A model generated the notes under the pieces. The model was not told where the DNA came from and made no database searches. It was given only the letters and a program-made list of their open reading frames with translations. From contig CAYFHS010000001.1 in NCBI GenBank assembly GCA_964342815.1, forward strand, positions 179,849 through 243,848: a stretch of 64,000 nucleotides of DNA, in the 5' to 3' direction. Positions 58,921-64,000 of this stretch are shown here, piece after piece. Source of the DNA: an uncultured archaeon (GTDB taxonomy: Archaea; Thermoplasmatota; Penumbrarchaeia; JASLWR01). The first letter of the stretch is position 1. Each line of letters begins with the position of its first letter. Made by a program: the position numbers and the translations under genes.

Positions 58921-61900
58921 TTTCTCTTCTCCAGCCTTGACAGAGCCCTGTTCACGGCGTTTCCCACTGCATTGCAGTAATCGAATATCTTAAGGTAATC
59001 TTTCGCGGTACTGGCTTCATCGAATTTTTCTTCTAACTCTACCAGCAGCTTACCGGCATCGGCTGTGTCGGCCCCTTCAGCTTCGGCGGCTCTTTCAAGT
59101 GAAAGCACGTAAGCGTAATACTCGCGGGCTCCCCTGCGGTACTCCTCCAGAGGCACCTGGTATGATCCGTACCCGTACTGCTGAATGTATGGATATTGTG
59201 AAAGGGCGGAGAATCGATACGGATTTTGCTCGTAAACGGGATACTGGTCACCGCCGCTTGCGTATGGACTCTTTTTGGGACTTGGGTCTTTTTGTTCCTT
59301 TTTTTTCTTGGTTAAAAGCTCTTTTGCCAGGGACGGTTCTTTCACAGGCGGCATAGCCTCCACTATGATCTCGGTCCCGTCTCTCAGCGAGTACGCCAGT
59401 GCAGGTGCGTCGCCCCGACCAGTGCTTTTTTCCAATAATTCCTCTTCTTCCTCGTATGCCAGGAACCTTGCCCTTCTTCGGGTAATTACCACGAAGAGGA
59501 CCAATGCCATCACGAGAATAACGAGGATCATGGGAATTACCCAGAAGTTGCTTTGAGCCGCATTCCCGCTCTCAATTCGTTCATCCTTTTCTTGAACCTC
59601 GCAAATTATGTCGAGTCCCTTACTGGCTTCTTCGTCACCCGAGAGAGCCGTTATTGTCACAGTGAATGTCCCTGCCTGGAAGTTCTCTGGTATCTGCATG
59701 TTCACGTGAACTGTAACATGTGATGCCGCAAAACCCGCCGGTTGAAGGATGAAGGACTCTCTTGAGAAGACCAGATTGCCGATTATACCCGGGTGTCCCA
59801 CCGCTACGAGGTCGATACGGCGTTTCACGGGCAGCAGGTTCCGCAGGGTTATATTGAATATTTTCTGACCACCTGGATAAACGATCAATCTTGCTTCAGT
59901 ATCCGCCGAACCTTCGAAAAGTATTTCCACGGGAAAAATATCCTCCGCGCCGTACAGCTGTCTGAACGAGTAGACTCCCGAGAGACATTCCCCCTGTATC
60001 TTCCCCGCCCTGGGTATTACCATCCAGTAATAGATCGTATCATTCTCGAGACCATTTATGGCCACGTAGTCCTCCGTTAGGTCGCTCAAATATACATGGG
60101 CTGTCGTATTTTTCTCATAAAGCAGTATATCGTAACTTACAGGTAGTTTTCCAGGGTAATCACATGACCATGATAGAGTTACGCGAGAGGATCCGACGGT
60201 AGCCCCGTCCTCCGGAAAAAGAAGAGTCACCTTTGGTACGTCCACATCCAGATCCACGTCGAAACTGTGTATTCCATCAATACACGTTCCAATTTCGAAA
60301 CGGTCGTGCGGGATCACCTGCCAGTAATAGGTAGCATCGTCTAGGATTCCGTCGATTATAATCGAGGTCTCTTTGTACCCTGTCCGATAGAATTTATCAC
60401 CCGATCTGCTGCGCGAAAAATACACATCATAGCTTATCCCGTCGCCATCGCTGTCGTTCCCCTCCCACATGAGAGTAACCGAGCTTGTAGGTATAATTAC
60501 ACCGTCATTTGGTATCAGAAGCGATGCAGTTGGAGGATTGTTCTTGGCCCTTACGAATATCTCGAAATCCCCTCTCACCTTGTACTCCCCGTCCCAAACG
60601 GAAATCACCACATGGCAGCTTCCCTCGAAGTTCTCACGTATTATGTTTATATCCACAAAATTGTTCCAATCAATTACAATCTCGAAGTTTTCTTCATCAC
60701 TGATATTCTCCACTTCGTAGATAAGTTCATCCGGGGGCGTATCCACATCCGTCACGTAATCAAAAATGTTGAATGCATCATTCAGGTCCTCGTTCATTGA
60801 CATATACACGTCGTCCATCTGTCTTAGTTGGGGTGGATCGTTGACGTTCCTTATGGTGACGAGTATCTTCTGGAAAACAAAATTCGCGTCCTTTCCCGGA
60901 GTGTTGACGTCCGCATCGTCATCGGCGAATATCCAGATGGGGACGTTTGAACAGGTTCCGTTATCCGTGGTGCTTAACCGGATCATCTCCCCGTCAATTG
61001 ATACCGTGAAATCGAGATTTTCCTCTATTTCCCCCAGGGGGTCGATCATTACGTCGTAATAGAGGAAATCTCCGTCTCCATCCACGAAATATCTCTCTTC
61101 CGTAATTGAAAACGCATGGTCCACGCTCTCGTATAATGAGATGTCGGGGATCGTCACGTCCGGGGCAGGTTCGTCGTTGACATTCATGATGTTAATGGTG
61201 AAGGGATCGGAAAGCACAGAAAGGTTCGAGGTATCTCGCGCTTCCACAACCAGTTCTATTGAACCTGTGTAATTGTCGTTCAGATTTCCCGTGAGAGCGT
61301 CAAGGACCAGATGATGACCGCCCTGCACATAGCAGTTGATAATGCCATCAAGAGAGTTTTCCACGACCTGGTAGCTCATCTCGTCTGCCCTGTCAATATC
61401 GTCGTAGAAGTATTCTGAAAGGTCCATCAATTCCAGCTCAAGAGAATCTTCATTTACGGAAAATATCGACGGAATGCCGTAGCACCCGGGGGCTATGGTA
61501 AATTCGAATCTCGGTTTTGTCAAGTATAAGCGGCCGGAGCCGGTGGATCTTATGTCTATAGGTATCGATAGATTACCCTGACGGTTTTCCTCACTCTCAA
61601 TATAATCATTCACAACGGATTCGATGCCCCCCAATCTCAAACGATTACCCATATTGGGGCAGAATAAATTCTCTTGGATGGTGGCCACGGCCAGGTCGGG
61701 ATACGCGTCGCTGTCGGCACGCGACACGGCAATTCGCGATACACTTGTATTGAGATCAAGGGCGCTGTCCAGGATAAATCCGCCGGCCCCGTCACCCTTG
61801 TACATCTCGATGATACCGTCGAAAGAGGCCATTAAAATATCGTAATTCCCATCGAGGTTGTAATCCACAGCTTCCATGGATTCTGCATCGAGATGTCCCA

Positions 61901-63944
61901 GAACATCCTCCTGTGAGAAACTTCCCCCGATATTCCGATAGAGAGCGTTTCGGTCCGCCTTGTGGCTGATCGCCAGGTCCAGGTCACCATCATTGTCGAA
62001 ATCGGCCCACGACATTGCGTTAACGGGTCGATTGCCAAAGGCGTCTGTCTCCTGGAAATTCTCCCCGTTCATGTTGCGGAACAGCTTGTTTGGTTCGCGG
62101 GAAAATTTACCCACCGCAATGTCCTGATCCCCATCACCGTCATAGTCCCCCACAGCGTAAGCTATGGAAGAACCGGTCCCAAAGGCGTCTATTTTTTCAA
62201 AATAAAGACCTTGATTAAGATACAGTTTGCCTTGGGAACCGTGATTTATCACAATCATGTCCAGGCGGCCGTCGATGTTAACGTCGACCCATTTCATTCC
62301 AATCGTGTGGTTTGTCCCGAATTCACTGCGCTGGTCAAAACTTGATCCGGTTCTCGTGAACAGGTGATTCTGTCCGTTATTACCTACTGCCAGATCGAGG
62401 TCACCATCATTATCGTAATCGCCCCAATCCATCACCAGAGGCATACCGCTGGAGAACTTCTGGGTGAGAACAAATGAAGCATTGCCGTCATTGGTACAAA
62501 TAAAGTTCTGTCCACCGTAATTGCCCAATGCCAGATCCATGTCGCCGTCGTTGTCGTAATCACCCCATGCCAGAGCGGTGGTGTTCAGCACTCCGAACTC
62601 GGACCTGAACATATCTTCCGGAAAATTATTTGCGAGATGAGCCTCATTGATACCGTCAGCACCCACATCAATATCAAAACGTACATTGGAATTATATTTT
62701 GATCGGTACAGAATAACATTCTCATTGGAATTGGCTGCCAGAACATCTGCGTCGCCATCTCCGTCGAAATCCCCCGGTATAAGCGAGCGTGTATTACCGG
62801 CTCCAAGTCCTCCCGCCGCCGGGATGAAAGCTCCGTATCCGTCATTTATCAGCAAACGGTTATCTCCATCACGGTTCCCTTCCACGAGATCTGGGAATCC
62901 ATCCAGATCCATATCCGCGGAAATCATCGAATAAGTGGATTGTGAACCTGGTATGTCGTCCTTTTTAAAGGTTCCACCGGTCTGGTAGTGGAAAATGTGG
63001 TTGGGCCCATCCTCACCGGTTATGATCTCCAAGGTCCCATCGCTATCAATATCGGCGAGATTGATCGAATTGGTATTCCCGGAACTGGAGAGCAGTACCT
63101 GTATGAAATGACCCGTGCCGAGATTGCGGAAGAAATAGTCCGGACCGTGATTTCCCGTCACAAGGTCAGGTAGTCCATCGTTGTTGACATCACCGCATTT
63201 GATGGCGTGTGTTTCGAAACTGCCTGTGAGGTCTAATCTTTCGAAACCGCTGCCGGTATTTATAAAAAGCTGGTTCACCCCGTCATTTCCCACTGCAGCG
63301 TCCAGCAGTCCGTCGTTGTTAATATCGCTCCAGTCTACGCAATAAGAGGATAGGTTGCCAAAATATTCCACGACCTGAAATGAACCGCCGTCTGTAATAA
63401 AGAGGTAATTCTGCCCTCCTGTCATCAACGCAAGATCCAGATCGCCGTCGTTGTCGTAATCACCCCATGCACCTCCCGTGGTGGCGATGGAGCCCTGTAG
63501 CGGGATTATCCCAAAATTTCCGCTGCCATCGTTATTGAGAACCACGTTTGCTTCGTTCCCGGAAGTGAAAAACACAATGTCGAGGTCACCATCGTTATCG
63601 TAATCCCCCGGTGCCGCGCCGGAGACGGCGGGAGCAGGAGCGATCACAGAGTTGGTGAATGCCAGTTCAGGCACTTTCTCGAGGAGGAAATGAGAGTCTA
63701 TGAGCCTGGTGTTAGGAGGAATGTCGAAGGCAATCTGCTGTGTGGAGGGACCGTTGAAAATCAGCTCAAGTTCTCTTTCACCGCCTGAGAATTCCTCCAC
63801 GGTACCGTTTCCCGGAACCAATTGTGACAGATCCATGGGATTGGCGGAGAAAATGACCAAAAGGCATAATATTAACAAAACAAAAAATCTGGGTCCGTTA
63901 ATTCGATGAGTGATGATAGTACCACACTCGATTATGTCTTTCAC
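58917..63944 (-). CDS. FG-GAP/VCBS double beta-propeller surface protein with cadherin/Ig-like and FN3-like domains, TM and cytoplasmic tail
   Basis: 14 (G/A/S/V)Dx(D/N)xDG-type loops in two sets of 7; NVND.P cadherin-like linkers; YYW.VIP FN3-like modules; TM then RRR. The start (GTG 63944 or slightly downstream) is uncertain. Confidence 0.9.
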   Translation of the reverse strand: MKDIIECGTIITHRINGPRFFVLLILCLLVIFSANPMDLSQLVPGNGTVEEFSGGERELELIFNGPSTQQIAFDIPPNTRLIDSHFLLEKVPELAFTNSVIAPAPAVSGAAPGDYDNDGDLDIVFFTSGNEANVVLNNDGSGNFGIIPLQGSIATTGGAWGDYDNDGDLDLALMTGGQNYLFITDGGSFQVVEYFGNLSSYCVDWSDINNDGLLDAAVGNDGVNQLFINTGSGFERLDLTGSFETHAIKCGDVNNDGLPDLVTGNHGPDYFFRNLGTGHFIQVLLSSSGNTNSINLADIDSDGTLEIITGEDGPNHIFHYQTGGTFKKDDIPGSQSTYSMISADMDLDGFPDLVEGNRDGDNRLLINDGYGAFIPAAGGLGAGNTRSLIPGDFDGDGDADVLAANSNENVILYRSKYNSNVRFDIDVGADGINEAHLANNFPEDMFRSEFGVLNTTALAWGDYDNDGDMDLALGNYGGQNFICTNDGNASFVLTQKFSSGMPLVMDWGDYDNDGDLDLAVGNNGQNHLFTRTGSSFDQRSEFGTNHTIGMKWVDVNIDGRLDMIVINHGSQGKLYLNQGLYFEKIDAFGTGSSIAYAVGDYDGDGDQDIAVGKFSREPNKLFRNMNGENFQETDAFGNRPVNAMSWADFDNDGDLDLAISHKADRNALYRNIGGSFSQEDVLGHLDAESMEAVDYNLDGNYDILMASFDGIIEMYKGDGAGGFILDSALDLNTSVSRIAVSRADSDAYPDLAVATIQENLFCPNMGNRLRLGGIESVVNDYIESEENRQGNLSIPIDIRSTGSGRLYLTKPRFEFTIAPGCYGIPSIFSVNEDSLELELMDLSEYFYDDIDRADEMSYQVVENSLDGIINCYVQGGHHLVLDALTGNLNDNYTGSIELVVEARDTSNLSVLSDPFTINIMNVNDEPAPDVTIPDISLYESVDHAFSITEERYFVDGDGDFLYYDVMIDPLGEIEENLDFTVSIDGEMIRLSTTDNGTCSNVPIWIFADDDADVNTPGKDANFVFQKILVTIRNVNDPPQLRQMDDVYMSMNEDLNDAFNIFDYVTDVDTPPDELIYEVENISDEENFEIVIDWNNFVDINIIRENFEGSCHVVISVWDGEYKVRGDFEIFVRAKNNPPTASLLIPNDGVIIPTSSVTLMWEGNDSDGDGISYDVYFSRSRSGDKFYRTGYKETSIIIDGILDDATYYWQVIPHDRFEIGTCIDGIHSFDVDLDVDVPKVTLLFPEDGATVGSSRVTLSWSCDYPGKLPVSYDILLYEKNTTAHVYLSDLTEDYVAINGLENDTIYYWMVIPRAGKIQGECLSGVYSFRQLYGAEDIFPVEILFEGSADTEARLIVYPGGQKIFNITLRNLLPVKRRIDLVAVGHPGIIGNLVFSRESFILQPAGFAASHVTVHVNMQIPENFQAGTFTVTITALSGDEEASKGLDIICEVQEKDERIESGNAAQSNFWVIPMILVILVMALVLFVVITRRRARFLAYEEEEELLEKSTGRGDAPALAYSLRDGTEIIVEAMPPVKEPSLAKELLTKKKKEQKDPSPKKSPYASGGDQYPVYEQNPYRFSALSQYPYIQQYGYGSYQVPLEEYRRGAREYYAYVLSLERAAEAEGADTADAGKLLVELEEKFDEASTAKDYLKIFDYCNAVGNAVNRALSRLEKRK

Positions 63945-64000
63945 GGAGGAGTTGGTGGAACCGGAGGCAAAGGTGGGGTTTGTATTGGCCCCCCCCCCGT

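Noticed and set aside
1-64000. tRNA, rRNA, transposase or integrase genes
   Set aside because: No T-loop/cloverleaf, rRNA-like stretch, DDE or tyrosine-recombinase motif was recognised by eye; tRNAscan-SE and HMM searches would be needed to exclude them formally.

Overview
Archaeal genomic window, most likely a non-methanogenic Thermoplasmatota. This is inferred from the gene families: split Fe-S fumarase, HdrABC, aspartate dehydrogenase NadX, a presenilin homologue, membrane-tethered wHTH proteins, and single-pass surface proteins with acidic or zinc-ribbon tails. The left half (2.9-31.3 kb) is a loose propionyl-CoA/C4-dicarboxylate gene neighbourhood: a three-subunit acyl-CoA carboxylase, malic enzyme, sucCD and a two-subunit fumarase. 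It also holds the most interesting locus, an apparent operon hdrA-hdrC-hdrB-frdB-frdA in which a soluble fumarate reductase with predicted non-covalent FAD and no membrane anchor is coupled to a complete heterodisulfide reductase. An accessory island (18.5-23.7 kb) carries a decayed relBE module, DUF3795, a PD-(D/E)XK-like nuclease, a PIN-membrane fusion and attC-like hairpins. The rest is rich in cell-surface and membrane-signalling proteins: a 2,035-aa beta-helix/PKD adhesin with a GPS-like HF|T motif, a double FG-GAP propeller protein, and a presenilin with a ~350-aa ectodomain insertion. There is also an iteron-like 23-bp-period array beside an orphan wHTH gene and an intact relBE pair. 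No rRNA, tRNA, CRISPR array, transposase or integrase was recognised. All calls come from reading motifs by eye; no database searches were run.
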